Below are positions 27,596-37,400 of a stretch of 64,000 nt of DNA, one piece after another. How positions within the stretch are numbered: position 1 is the stretch's first letter; each line of letters opens with the position of its first letter. The translations under genes were made by a program, and so were the position numbers. The stretch is from NCBI GenBank assembly GCA_965222115.1, contig CBDCTJ010000007.1, positions 2,720,001-2,784,000 on the forward strand. The letters run 5' to 3'. The notes beneath the pieces are model-generated. The model was not told the origin of the DNA, ran no database searches, and saw only the letters and a program-made list of their open reading frames with translations. The stretch comes from Planctomycetota bacterium (GTDB lineage Bacteria > Planctomycetota > PLA2 > JAEUHO01).

Positions 27596-29401
27596 ATGAA
27601 GGTTTCGTCCGGCAATCGGGGCTGGCTACTGGCACTTGGTGTGTCACTGCTCGTACTCCTTCCATTTGCCGGGACGCGTGCGCTTTTTGACGCCGATGAA
27701 GGACGCTATGCAGCGGTGGCGCAAAACATGGTTGCGCGTGGCGACTATGTTGTTCCCCATTTGAACGGCATGCCGTTCATGGATAAGCCGCCGCTCGTGT
27801 ACTGGATCCAAGTGATTGGCATTCACATCGCCGGCGCGTCACCCTTTGTTGCACGGCTACCCACCCTGCTTGCCGGTGCGCTTTGGATGGTGGCCATTTT
27901 TGTATTCTCCCTGCGTCTTACAAGAAGGCGAGAGGTCGCATGGTGTGCACTTGGCATCGCCGCTACGTCCGTGGCGGGCATTGTGGGATCTCGCGTGGGA
28001 CCGCAAATGGATATGCCGTTGGCCGCCGCGGTCGCGTGGGCGCTCTATGCCGGTCTACGCAAACTTGAGGGTGGCGGGCGTCGATTCGATGTTCTCATGG
28101 GGGTGGCGATTGGTTGCGGGCTATTGATCAAGGGGCCGTTGGTCGTCGCCGTAACGGCCCTGGTTGGTTGCATGTGGTGTTTGGCCGGCGCGCCGTGGCG
28201 GCGCTACGTACGGATCCTCTTCTCGCCACTGGCATGGGGCGTGGCGCTCGCGATTGCTGCACCGTGGTACGTGCTGGTTGAACGCGCGATGCCCGGATGG
28301 ATTCAACACTTCATCGTGTACGAGCACTTCGGTCGATTCTCGCGTGGGGATCATCGTAGCTTCCACCCGTTTTGGTTCTACGTGCCCATTGCATTGATCT
28401 ATGCATTTCCATGGACGCCCTTGCTTTGGCGCAAAGCACGTGGACAACGAGCCGTGCTGCACTCGTTTCTTGGTCCGTTTTCTCCACGGACCTGGCGCAC
28501 CACGCTTCGCGAATCGACCGAAATCGAATCCCGTGTCCCCAGTCGTCATCTGCAGGCCAGCACCGTTTGTCTTTGGTGGTTCGTTGCCGCGTTCTGTCTC
28601 TACAGCACGGCAACGCGAAAATTGCTCAACTATCTTCTGCCAGCAGCGGCGCCTTTGTTCGTGCTTGCTGGGGCGCGCCTTGCTGAACTACGAGGCTGTC
28701 TTCGCTGGACCTACCGCACAGGACTGTTCGCCTTTGGTGGTGGGCTGGTTGCCGCCGCGGCCTTGATTGGGACGGCGGTGCTTTTGCCGCTTCAAACCGG
28801 TGGCATTGACAAGGCGCTCGATGCGCCGCGTTGGCAGGGCCTCGTCATGCCTCTGAGCGTCGCTGGCGGCGTATTGCTACTTGGTCTGTGGTTCGCGAGC
28901 CGCATGCGCACGCAACGATCGTTGGTGTTCACCTTCGCTTTGGTCGCGTTTGCTTGGTGGTCGATCGACGTCGGATTGGCGCGCACATCACGGGTGGGAT
29001 CGGCGCAAGCCTTGGCGCGCGCGGTTGACAAGCACGTTTCAGAAGACGAGGCCCTCGTTTGCTTCAAGCGGTATCCGCAGGGGCTTGACTTCTACAGCAA
29101 GACACCGGCGTATCTGGCTGGTGGCAACTCGGGTGCATGGTTGCAGCGAGAAATTGTGGAACCGTATGCATCCATGGCAAGGAGTACACAGCATGCGCAT
29201 TCCAGGTTTCGGGGCGGTTTGCTAACGACGAAAGAGTTTGAGGCGTGGTGGCGCGGCGACGACATACCGGGCGTGCATGCCACTGTACTCTTGTGCCGCG
29301 CAGGTGAGTTGGTCATCTTCAATGGCGAGGTGATCGACGGTCCGTTCGCCGGTGCCGGGCGCACCGATTTGTGGTTGATTCGGCGGCGCACAAAGAAATA
29401 G
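27596..29401 (+). CDS. ArnT-like (GT83/PMT-family) membrane glycosyltransferase
   Basis: DADEGRYA, PHLNG..FMDKPPL.YW, LIKGP, APWY, HPFWFY, KLLNYLLP; many TM helices. The 5' extension to 26837 is spurious overlap with leuS. Confidence 0.88.
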   Translation: MKVSSGNRGWLLALGVSLLVLLPFAGTRALFDADEGRYAAVAQNMVARGDYVVPHLNGMPFMDKPPLVYWIQVIGIHIAGASPFVARLPTLLAGALWMVAIFVFSLRLTRRREVAWCALGIAATSVAGIVGSRVGPQMDMPLAAAVAWALYAGLRKLEGGGRRFDVLMGVAIGCGLLIKGPLVVAVTALVGCMWCLAGAPWRRYVRILFSPLAWGVALAIAAPWYVLVERAMPGWIQHFIVYEHFGRFSRGDHRSFHPFWFYVPIALIYAFPWTPLLWRKARGQRAVLHSFLGPFSPRTWRTTLRESTEIESRVPSRHLQASTVCLWWFVAAFCLYSTATRKLLNYLLPAAAPLFVLAGARLAELRGCLRWTYRTGLFAFGGGLVAAAALIGTAVLLPLQTGGIDKALDAPRWQGLVMPLSVAGGVLLLGLWFASRMRTQRSLVFTFALVAFAWWSIDVGLARTSRVGSAQALARAVDKHVSEDEALVCFKRYPQGLDFYSKTPAYLAGGNSGAWLQREIVEPYASMARSTQHAHSRFRGGLLTTKEFEAWWRGDDIPGVHATVLLCRAGELVIFNGEVIDGPFAGAGRTDLWLIRRRTKK

Positions 29402-29476
29402 ATGCGTCGCTCGCGCGTTCGCATTCATACAGTGTCGAGCGGTGTGACGAAAGCGCGGTCGCCAGCCACGGGCACG

Positions 29477-29526
29477 TACGTCGCACCACTTACGTCGCAC
29501 CACTTACGGCGCACCACTTACGGCAC
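29477..29526. repeat. 14-bp tandem repeat TACG(T/G)CGCACCACT x3.5
   Basis: Units start at 29477, 29491, 29505 and a partial one at 29519; immediately upstream of a GGAGG RBS. Confidence 0.85.
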
Positions 29527-29542
29527 ACAGGGAGGAATTGGC

Positions 29543-30082
29543 GTGAATCAGCGAGAGCCTCAGTCTGCATTGCCTCGCCCCGACAAATCCATGGCGTTCG
29601 TCGCATGGCTGCTACTCACTGCGGCAGTGATTGGTTTCGTCGCCTGGACAAGCAACCGGCCCACCTCGAATGTTCGCTCCTCCGAGGCCGGTCTACTCGC
29701 CGATGTTCGTGTGCGGCCCGAAGCCGACGGCGTCGCGCATGTTGGATTCACCTTGGGAGCGCCTTCACGCATTGCTATTCAAATCGATGGCCCGCCCGGC
29801 ACGATTGACGTTTCCGTAGGACTCGCCAAACCCGCTTCACCGGATGAAGGAGAATCGAAACGAGCACTGGCGCCTGCGTCTCTACAACGCGTTCGGGTGG
29901 AGCTACCCACGAGCGAACCCGTCTTGAAGCAAGTTCTGTTCCGGGTTGGCACCTACCTCACCGAGATTCGCTTTACGCCTTCTCCGTCTGTCACCCAATC
30001 GGCGAACGGGGCATCGAAACCGATCCGCGTGCGTGTGATTGCCACGCCGGAACGAACCCTAAGAGATCATCACTCCCAATAG
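29543..30082 (+). CDS. Hypothetical membrane-anchored protein
   Basis: GTG 29543 after GGGAGGA; N-terminal TM (AFVAWLLLTAAVIGFVAW) then a beta-rich domain. Confidence 0.65.
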   Translation: MNQREPQSALPRPDKSMAFVAWLLLTAAVIGFVAWTSNRPTSNVRSSEAGLLADVRVRPEADGVAHVGFTLGAPSRIAIQIDGPPGTIDVSVGLAKPASPDEGESKRALAPASLQRVRVELPTSEPVLKQVLFRVGTYLTEIRFTPSPSVTQSANGASKPIRVRVIATPERTLRDHHSQ

Positions 30083-30184
30083 ACCATAGGTAGAATGGCG
30101 GCACCGTCAGGAGGCTCCGCCTTGCTTCGACCCTATCTCTTGCGTCGACCCTGTCTTTTGCGCCGACCATGTGACTCTCGGAAT

Positions 30185-30727
30185 ATGTTGCGTGCGTTCT
30201 GCACACTGACGATGGGACTCTTGTTGCTCGCGGCGTGCGGTGAGGGCGAGTCGTCGTCAAACTCCAGCACACGTGCAGGCGGCAACGTCGAGGGAACGTG
30301 GGTTCCCGATGTGGACGAGACCATCCATCACGCGCGATTTCACGCATTCATGATCGCACGCCCCGATTCGCCCCCGCTCAAGGAGTTGATTCGCGCGTCG
30401 GAGGGGTTGGCCGAGGACATCAAGAACCGCTACGCAAAATCGAGCCTTCGACTCGTGCTGCGGAACAATTCGGATGCAGAGTGGACCATGGTCTCCAAAG
30501 ACGACGAAACCAGCAAAGAGACACGCCAGTTGTGGCGGGGCCGATGGAAGACGTTTGACGGGTATGTGGCGGCCGGCCTTTACTCGTCGGAAGATCCCAA
30601 TGCGGAACGGCCGTGGTGGATCATGTTTATACCCGTGGGTGATCGTCTGATGACGTATTGGCAAGTGCAGAGCGACCAAAATGGCATACGCTCTATGCCG
30701 TATTTCTTCCTGAAGCGCGCGAACTAG
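30185..30727 (+). CDS. Putative lipoprotein
   Basis: Lipobox LLLAAC, Ser-rich linker, VEGTW (lipocalin-like GxW). Confidence 0.7.
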   Translation: MLRAFCTLTMGLLLLAACGEGESSSNSSTRAGGNVEGTWVPDVDETIHHARFHAFMIARPDSPPLKELIRASEGLAEDIKNRYAKSSLRLVLRNNSDAEWTMVSKDDETSKETRQLWRGRWKTFDGYVAAGLYSSEDPNAERPWWIMFIPVGDRLMTYWQVQSDQNGIRSMPYFFLKRAN

Positions 30728-31011
30728 CGATCGCATGGAAGTCTGCTCGACATGCGCTCGCCATGATTACCGGCCCCGTTGAACTGCAAGCCGTTCGACC
30801 CGATGGCACCGATTACCGCACGTTGCTCGACGACGGACAGGTCAATACGGTTCCTCGTTGGTCCAGCGACTCAAAGAGCTTGTTCTTTCATCGCCTCGAC
30901 TTCGCCGATCTTCTCAGTGGTTGGAAAGCGTGTGAAATGGACTTCGATACTGGCGAGTTCGTAGCGATTGAGAATCTGGCGCACACGATTGATGTGTATC
31001 GGGCGAATTAG
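30728..31011 (+). pseudogene. Fragment resembling the C-terminus of a TolB/PD40 beta-propeller protein
   Basis: AVRPDGTDYRTL...VPRWSSDSKSLFF is a PD40-like repeat; under 100 aa, no signal peptide, no convincing start. Confidence 0.5.
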
Positions 31012-31066
31012 TGCTGAGTCTTTGCTGATAGGCTGAGCATAAAAATCTACTACTTGCAACGCCTTT

Positions 31067-31155
31067 GCCGATATTCGTCACCCGGACTCAAGAGTGAGCG
31101 ATCGGTGATCGATTCACGCCACAACATCAAGAGCAAATGGCTTCGACATTTGCGC
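31067..31155 (+). repeat. Solo composite repeat (core plus flank hairpin), no gene
   Basis: Core CCCGGACTCAAGAGTGAGCGATCGGTGATCGATTCACGCC at 31081-31120, followed by TCAAGAGCAAATGGC..CATTTGCGC as in the 8 kb and 24 kb flanks. Confidence 0.88.
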
Positions 31156-31184
31156 ATCGACGGGTGCGCAGTCAGTCCTCGTTC

Positions 31185-32429
31185 TTAGTACATTCGCCGA
31201 AATGCGACGCCTGGATAGTAAAACGACAGAATCTCGGTGTCGGTCATGCCCTTCTTACCCATTTCCATGGCGCCCCATTGGCACATGCCAACCCCGTGTC
31301 CCCAACCGCGACCCTGAATCGACCAGCCGTCTTTGGTGCGCTTGATGGCGCGAATGTTGTGAGACAACAGGCGTGCCACGGTGCGAAAGGTCGTGCCGGG
31401 CACGAGTTTGGTTCGCTTGGAGGGGCCGTAGACGATGTGAAGCTCCGCGGCCCAGTCACCGCGACCGCGTTTGGTCACTTGGATGGCGTGAATGGGCTTG
31501 CTCACGGGGCGGCCATCGGCCTTCATACCCGCGATGAGATCTTCATTGCTGACCTCTTTGGTCCACGAAAACTTGGGGCTCGTGCGGCAGTGGGGGCAGC
31601 GTACGCCTTGGAGTGCGCCCTCACCGTCGCCCGGATCAAGTCGTGACGTTTTCGCGTCGGTCGTATGTCCGCCACACGTGGACGCATAGTAAGCACTAAA
31701 CGGGCGCCCGTTGTAGGTCATGATCACGCCTGCCGTACTCTGCGCGGCGGCCACCATCTGAGGATAGGTCACGCCAGCGTAGTCGGGGATTGAATGCCCG
31801 CGATAGACCTGGCTGTGGGTGCTATCGAAAAGATGAAAGAACTTGGAACGCGCATCGGGTGTCGAGACGTGAATGTAGGCATAGGTGCGTGCCGTTACTG
31901 CCTGAGCGCGATAAGTAGCCGGTGCGGAATTGGGCGCCGCTTCGTTGGCAATCACGCCCGCGATGTAGTCCTCCATGGGGAGTTCATTCACAAATTCCAG
32001 CTGATTGCCGCGACGACGAACGAGGAGATTGCCTTCATAGCGAGTCGAATCGAGCGTGAACGTGCGTGACGTATTGAGTCGCAAAATGTCGGTGGCGTGC
32101 TCTTGACCGCGAAACGTGATGCCGCGCCGAGACGCGCTGACAGTGGTTCGAAACGAGGTGCGGCCCTTGGTGATACTGCGATTGCTCCGATCCTTCAGTT
32201 CCCATGATTGCGCGCCCACGACAAGTGCAGACTTTGCGCGTACGCTGCCAAGCCGAACACGAATGACCGGAGCTCGTGTGCCTGCAAGTAGCGGCGGGGG
32301 ATAGCGATCACCACATGCACTAAGCAGCAGGAGCAGTGCCGCACCCAGCAGCGTACCGAGGCCACGCCTCGACACGTGCCCACTCAACCGTGCCTTCACA
32401 TGGGTTGCTTTCGGACTATCCGAGCGCAT
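31185..32429 (-). CDS. SpoIID/LytB domain lipoprotein (lytic transglycosylase-like)
   Basis: VNELPMEDYIAGVIANE, AQAVTARTY, SQVY, YASTCGG, GRGWGHGVGMCQWGA, ILSFYYPG; lipobox LSAC. Confidence 0.92.
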   Translation of the reverse strand: MRSDSPKATHVKARLSGHVSRRGLGTLLGAALLLLLSACGDRYPPPLLAGTRAPVIRVRLGSVRAKSALVVGAQSWELKDRSNRSITKGRTSFRTTVSASRRGITFRGQEHATDILRLNTSRTFTLDSTRYEGNLLVRRRGNQLEFVNELPMEDYIAGVIANEAAPNSAPATYRAQAVTARTYAYIHVSTPDARSKFFHLFDSTHSQVYRGHSIPDYAGVTYPQMVAAAQSTAGVIMTYNGRPFSAYYASTCGGHTTDAKTSRLDPGDGEGALQGVRCPHCRTSPKFSWTKEVSNEDLIAGMKADGRPVSKPIHAIQVTKRGRGDWAAELHIVYGPSKRTKLVPGTTFRTVARLLSHNIRAIKRTKDGWSIQGRGWGHGVGMCQWGAMEMGKKGMTDTEILSFYYPGVAFRRMY

Positions 32430-32567
32430 GGCGTTCCCTCATCCGAGCCTTGCACACGACCTCTATGGGCTTTCGTAGATTCGTGGGCTCTCGTAGATAG
32501 GTCGGATACGGCACGGCATATATTCTGCAAAACCATCGACTCAATTGAGAGGAGAAGCCTTCGGGTC

Positions 32568-33668
32568 TCATGCCGGCTCGACCTGCGTGAAGGGAAAGAG
32601 GTCCGGATCACTTGAACCGGTGCCACCCGAACGGGGTCTTGGGGCGTCGGGAAACAACTCCATGCCCGCGGCGGAGAGCGCGCGTCCTCGGGGTGTCTTA
32701 ACAATCAGCCCTTGGCGAAGTAGATGGGGTTCGTAGACCTCTTCGAGCGTGCGTTCGTCTTCACCCACGGTGGCGGCCAACGTCTTGAGGCCCACGGGCA
32801 CACCGCCAGCACGTGCAAGGGCTTCCAAGAATAGGCGATCTACACGATTGAGGCCACGGTCGTCTACGCCCATGCGCGCCAAGCCGGCACGTGCGACTTC
32901 GACCGAAATATGATTGTTCGACTCGATTTGTGCCAAATCGCGAACACGGCGAACGAAGCGATTTACGACTCGGGGCGTGCCGCGCGCACGACCCGCTAGG
33001 TACGCGGCGGCCTCCGAATCGAGGCCAACGTTGAGAATGGTGGCGGTGCGCTTAGCAATTTTGCTAAGTACGTCGGGCGCGTACGGTTCCAGTCGCTCAT
33101 GAATCGGAAAGCGCGCACGCAAGGGCGCCGACAGCAGGCCTTCGCGTGTGGTGGCGCCAACCAATGTAAACTTGGGCAAGTCGATGCGAACACTGCGCGC
33201 ACTGGGGCCTTGGTCAATCATGATGTCGATGAAATAATCTTCCATCGCGGAGTAGAGGTATTCCTCGACGGCTGCCGGTAGTCGATGAATCTCATCGATG
33301 AACAGAATGTCACCCTCTTCGAGACGCGTGAGCAGTCCTGCGAGGTCGGCGGCGCGTTGGAGCACGGGCGCGGATGCCTCGCGCAGGCGTGTTCCGCGTT
33401 CGTGGGCCACGAGATGCGCAAGCGTTGTTTTCCCCAAACCCGGGAGACCGGATAGCAACAGGTGATCCAATACATCACCGCGTTCGGCGGCGGCGCGGAG
33501 TGCCAATGCGAGATTGTCGGCGACTACACGCTGACCAAGAAATTCGTCCAAACTGCGGGGGCGAAGATGTTGCTCCAGCGCTCGTTCTGCTGCACCCACA
33601 CTGGTGGCGCCCGTGACATTCGCCTCGGTATCGGCGGCATCTTGCTCGGATCGCGGCTGCTTGGACAT
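32568..33668 (-). CDS. ruvB: Holliday junction branch migration helicase RuvB
   Basis: LRPRSLDEFLGQ, GLPGLGKTT, FIDEIHRL, YSAMED, GATTR, RGTPR, YEPHL, TPRGR. Confidence 0.97.
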   Translation of the reverse strand: MSKQPRSEQDAADTEANVTGATSVGAAERALEQHLRPRSLDEFLGQRVVADNLALALRAAAERGDVLDHLLLSGLPGLGKTTLAHLVAHERGTRLREASAPVLQRAADLAGLLTRLEEGDILFIDEIHRLPAAVEEYLYSAMEDYFIDIMIDQGPSARSVRIDLPKFTLVGATTREGLLSAPLRARFPIHERLEPYAPDVLSKIAKRTATILNVGLDSEAAAYLAGRARGTPRVVNRFVRRVRDLAQIESNNHISVEVARAGLARMGVDDRGLNRVDRLFLEALARAGGVPVGLKTLAATVGEDERTLEEVYEPHLLRQGLIVKTPRGRALSAAGMELFPDAPRPRSGGTGSSDPDLFPFTQVEPA

Positions 33669-33967
33669 CGGTTCCTCAGATAGCTTGAATGGCTTAGATC
33701 GTGGGCGCGCCCCGATCCGGGTTTTAGAGGGCTGGCTTTCGAGGGATTGGATTTCCAGGGATTGAATTTCGAGAGCGGGAAAGGCACCTTCCCCCGGTAG
33801 GGCGACAGGATGGGCTCATGCTAGCACGGCCCTCTAAAGGGCCCCAAGGGGTTGGGGATTTATTGAGGATTGCCCCCAAGACATGGGCGTGTGCCTCCGT
33901 GGGGCCATGCATACGCTGCACCCGGTTCCATTGCGCCGTGCGGTGGGGGTGTTCGTAGCATCCCGCC

Positions 33968-34684
33968 ATGACAACGGCCCGGCGATTTGATGACGAGCAC
34001 GCCCGCAAGCGAGGGCGTCGCATCTCAAGGATGTTTGATCGCATTGCGCCCACCTACGACCTCCTCAATCACCTGCTGAGTCTCAATATCGACACGCGGT
34101 GGCGCAAGCAGGCCGTCAAGATGTTGAATCTCACCGGCAGCGAGCGCGTGCTCGACGCGTGTTGTGGTACCGGTGACTTGGCCGTTGCGCTTATGCAGGG
34201 TGGCGCGGGAACCGTTGCGGGTACCGATTTCAGTCCGGAGATGATTCGTCTGGCCAATGAGAAGGCTGGAGAGACGATTTCATTTCAAGTGGCCGACACC
34301 CTCGAACTACCGTTTGACGATCAGACCTTTGACGTGGCAACCGTTGGATTCGGCGCGCGCAATCTCGAAGATCTTGACGCTGGCTTTCGCTCGCTCCACC
34401 GCGTACTCAAACCGGGTGGTCGCATGTTGATTCTTGAGTTCAATCGACCCAAGAACCCCATTGTACGCACCGTCTACGGACTTTATTTCATGTTGGTGTT
34501 GCCCATGATTGGCAACATCGTCAGCGGCGGCGCCGACAACGCCTATGCCTACTTACCGCGTAGCGTGATGGCGTTCCCGAGCCCGGAGGTGTTGGCGGAG
34601 CGCATGAAAGCAGCTGGGTTTTCATCGGTAAACATTAAGCCGTTGACGTTTGGAATTGCGTATGTGCATCTTGCGATCCGCTAG
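33968..34684 (+). CDS. ubiE: Ubiquinone/menaquinone biosynthesis C-methyltransferase UbiE/MenG
   Basis: MFDRIAPTYDLLNHLLS, LDACCGTGD, GFGARN, RVLKPGG, AYAYLPRSV. Confidence 0.93.
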   Translation: MTTARRFDDEHARKRGRRISRMFDRIAPTYDLLNHLLSLNIDTRWRKQAVKMLNLTGSERVLDACCGTGDLAVALMQGGAGTVAGTDFSPEMIRLANEKAGETISFQVADTLELPFDDQTFDVATVGFGARNLEDLDAGFRSLHRVLKPGGRMLILEFNRPKNPIVRTVYGLYFMLVLPMIGNIVSGGADNAYAYLPRSVMAFPSPEVLAERMKAAGFSSVNIKPLTFGIAYVHLAIR

Positions 34685-34777
34685 GATCTCTCAAGCGTAA
34701 TCCATCCCTCGACATCTTCTCCCCAATCTGAATTTTAATCCCTTTCCTGACTCTGTTTCCGTATTCCGTTCTCTACT

Positions 34778-34858
34778 CCCGTCACCGTTACCCGAAACCC
34801 GTCACCCGCGACCCGATACCCGGACTCAAGTGTGGGCGCTCGATGATCGATTCGCGCC
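34778..34858 (+). repeat. Composite repeat: about 6 heptamers + core, no GTGGAC
   Basis: CCCGAAA CCCGTCA CCCGCGA CCCGATA then core at 34819-34858. Confidence 0.9.
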
Positions 34859-34912
34859 GGGACGTCGGCTTCAAGTAGCGCAATAACCGCACGCGTTCGA
34901 CGTCGATAAAAC

Positions 34913-35076
34913 ACCGAACTGATTTGCTGCGTGACGTGAATGCTCACTGGGCAACACCCTTTGGGAAGTGCTACGTGCATGCCCCATTCGCCACGAGGGC
35001 GAGGGCACGCACTCGCACTCCCACGGGTGTTTCCTCGTGGAGTTTCTCGTATGTCACACAGCAAACAGTTCTCGGT
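34913..35076 (+). promoter_or_regulatory. Structured leader of type B gene, copy 2
   Basis: Near-identical to 11574-11736; ACCGAACTGATTTGCTGCGTGACGT can pair with the first codons. Confidence 0.68.
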
Positions 35077-35437
35077 TACTTCCACGGCGGCTCGGCTTGA
35101 TCGATTCGATGTGTATCGAATCGCACGGCGTGCCGCGGCCAGCGTTCACAGACTTTGTGGATCGTTGCCGCGAGGCAACGCCGAGCTTGCAAGCCAAGCT
35201 CGACGAGCCTCGACCGCCGTCGTCCTAAACATCGCAGAAGGCATCGGGCGCGCTGGCGCAGGCGCCAAGCACCGTTCGTTCTCGATCGCTCGCGGTGAGT
35301 GCGTCGAGGCCGCGGCGGCTCTCGACCTCATGGATGCGATGGGCATTCTCGCGGGCGTCCACGCCGCACCAAGGCTTCGCGATCTGGACCGCGTTCGCGC
35401 GATGTTGAATGCTCTGATTCGCCGCTGGAGGGAGTGA
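35051..35437 (+). CDS. Four helix bundle protein, type B copy 2
   Basis: 120 of 128 aa identical to 11711-12097 by manual count. Confidence 0.9.
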   Translation: MSHSKQFSVTSTAARLDRFDVYRIARRAAASVHRLCGSLPRGNAELASQARRASTAVVLNIAEGIGRAGAGAKHRSFSIARGECVEAAAALDLMDAMGILAGVHAAPRLRDLDRVRAMLNALIRRWRE

Positions 35438-35446
35438 GGGGGATTC

Positions 35447-35561
35447 CCCGCCACCCGTCACCCGTTCCCCGAATCCCGTCACCCGGACTCAAGTTTGGGA
35501 CTCCGAAGGCGACTCACGCCAGTTCGTGGACGTGGACGTGGACGTGGACGTGGACGTTGAC
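35447..35561 (+). repeat. Composite repeat: 5 heptamers + 39-bp core + (GTGGAC)5
   Basis: Core at 35482-35520; GTGGAC x5 at 35526-35555, then GTTGAC. Confidence 0.9.
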
Positions 35562-35601
35562 GTGAAAATCGCATCCCTCTGCGAGAGACGCAACCCTTCC
35601 G

Positions 35602-37398
35602 CTACCTCCGATGAAAGTGCTTCTCCAACTCGAATCGGCTGAGCGTCAAACGGGTGGGGCGGCCATGCGGACACGTGTGGCTGTGGTTCAATTGCTCGGC
35701 TTGTTCCAGGAGGGCAAGCACTTCATCGTGTGCCAATACATCGCCTGCCATTACTGCGGAGCGGCAGGCCAAGCGATCCACCGCTTCGCTAACGAATGCC
35801 GTTCGGTCCAGTTCGGCTGTGCCCGATTCGGGTAACAGGTCCAAGATCTCGCGCAGTGCCTCTTCTGGTTTTGGGGCTTTCAAAATGGCCGGTACCGCTT
35901 GGACGGCAATCGTGCCTTCGCCAAAAGGCTCCAGTAGCCACCCCAATCGTGCAAGTTCTTCTGTTGCTTCCAATAGACGGGCGCGTCGCGCGCTGCTTAG
36001 CTCCACCAGCATGGGTACAAGCAGTTGTTGGACTTCAAGTTTGCCTTCGGTTCCGAGCCGTCGGTTGATCTGATCAAAGAGCACGCGTTCATGAAGCGCG
36101 TGTTGATCGACCAATACGATGGAGTCTTTCGCTTCTAGTACAAGATAGGTGCCGAGTGCTTGTCCCAAGGGACGCAAAGGCGGTGGTTGAACGAGTGCTA
36201 CGGGTTCATCGGAAAGCGTAAATTCCGTTGCCGCGGTATGGGACGGCGAGTCGTGGTAGTGCGTGCGTTCGGCAACGGTGCTCGTTGGGCGAGCGGTGAG
36301 CGGGCGAACCGCGTGTCGCTGAGCGTGTTGTGTGTTTGCATACGGGCGGCTCGTGCTATCGGGAAATGCGCCGCCCGGCGCGCCCGTTTTGATGGGTACA
36401 CCTTCGGGTGCATCCTCAAGTACACGTCGAATCGAACGACGCACGAGGCGATGTACGCGATCACTCTCCTGCCAGCGAACTTCCGACTTGGCCGGATGCA
36501 CATTGACATCCACACCATCGGGGTCACAGGCAAGAAAGAGAAACGCAATGGGTCGCTGACCGCCGGGTGGCAAGAGATCGCGATAGGCCTGTCGAAGCGC
36601 GTGGGCCGTTGTTCGATCCGATATGTGACGCCCATTGAGGAACACCAGCTCCCAGCGACTATCACGGCGTGTTTTTGACGGGGGACCGACCCAACCCTCC
36701 AGCGTGAGGTCGTCGTCTACCGCCTCTACCTGGAGCAACGCGTCTGCCGTCTCCCGTCCGTAGAGCCGCTCGATGCGTTTGCGACGATCCTGTTCCGGCG
36801 GAACGTCAAGTATGACTCGCGTGCCCTGTTCCAAGCGAAAGCCGATTTCAGGATAAGCAAGCGCGAAGCGACCCATGGCGTCGCGAATGTGTCCAAGCTC
36901 CGTTGCGGCGGTGCGCATGAACTTGCGCCGTGCCGGAACACTTCGAAATAGATGTTCGACGCGTACCGTCGTGCCGGGCGGCCCTGCGGCCGGTTTCGGT
37001 GTCTCGATCGAACCACGATCATTCACGAGTCGCATAGCACCGCTATCGCTCGTTCGTCGCGTCGTGATGACGACACGGGCCACGCTTCCAATGCTCGCGA
37101 GTGCCTCGCCGCGAAATCCCATGGACGCAATGTGTCGCAAGTCTTCCACATCGGCGATCTTGCTCGTGGCGTGCGGAGTAAACGCGAGCGCCAAGTCGTC
37201 CGGTGACATACCGCCGCCATTGTCACGCACCTCAATCAGCGTGCGCCCGCCATCATCGGTCACGACGGTAATGGTTGTTGCGTCAGCATCGATGGCGTTC
37301 TCGACGAGTTCTTTGACGACACTTGACGGTCGTTCCACCACCTCCCCGGCCGCGATTTGATTCACTACATGCGGATTGAGTACGCGAATGCGTGCCAT
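35602..37398 (-). CDS. mutL: DNA mismatch repair endonuclease MutL
   Basis: IAAGEVVERP..VVKELVENAIDA, HATSKI, GFRGEAL, DVNVHPAK, DQHALHER, ACR, CPHGRP. Confidence 0.97.
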   Translation of the reverse strand: MARIRVLNPHVVNQIAAGEVVERPSSVVKELVENAIDADATTITVVTDDGGRTLIEVRDNGGGMSPDDLALAFTPHATSKIADVEDLRHIASMGFRGEALASIGSVARVVITTRRTSDSGAMRLVNDRGSIETPKPAAGPPGTTVRVEHLFRSVPARRKFMRTAATELGHIRDAMGRFALAYPEIGFRLEQGTRVILDVPPEQDRRKRIERLYGRETADALLQVEAVDDDLTLEGWVGPPSKTRRDSRWELVFLNGRHISDRTTAHALRQAYRDLLPPGGQRPIAFLFLACDPDGVDVNVHPAKSEVRWQESDRVHRLVRRSIRRVLEDAPEGVPIKTGAPGGAFPDSTSRPYANTQHAQRHAVRPLTARPTSTVAERTHYHDSPSHTAATEFTLSDEPVALVQPPPLRPLGQALGTYLVLEAKDSIVLVDQHALHERVLFDQINRRLGTEGKLEVQQLLVPMLVELSSARRARLLEATEELARLGWLLEPFGEGTIAVQAVPAILKAPKPEEALREILDLLPESGTAELDRTAFVSEAVDRLACRSAVMAGDVLAHDEVLALLEQAEQLNHSHTCPHGRPTRLTLSRFELEKHFHRR

Positions 37399-37400
37399 AC

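Noticed and set aside
10842-35437. Diversity-generating retroelement (Avd-like genes; duplicated sequences as TR/VR)
   Set aside because: No reverse transcriptase in the window; differences between gene copies are largely synonymous and not restricted to adenines.
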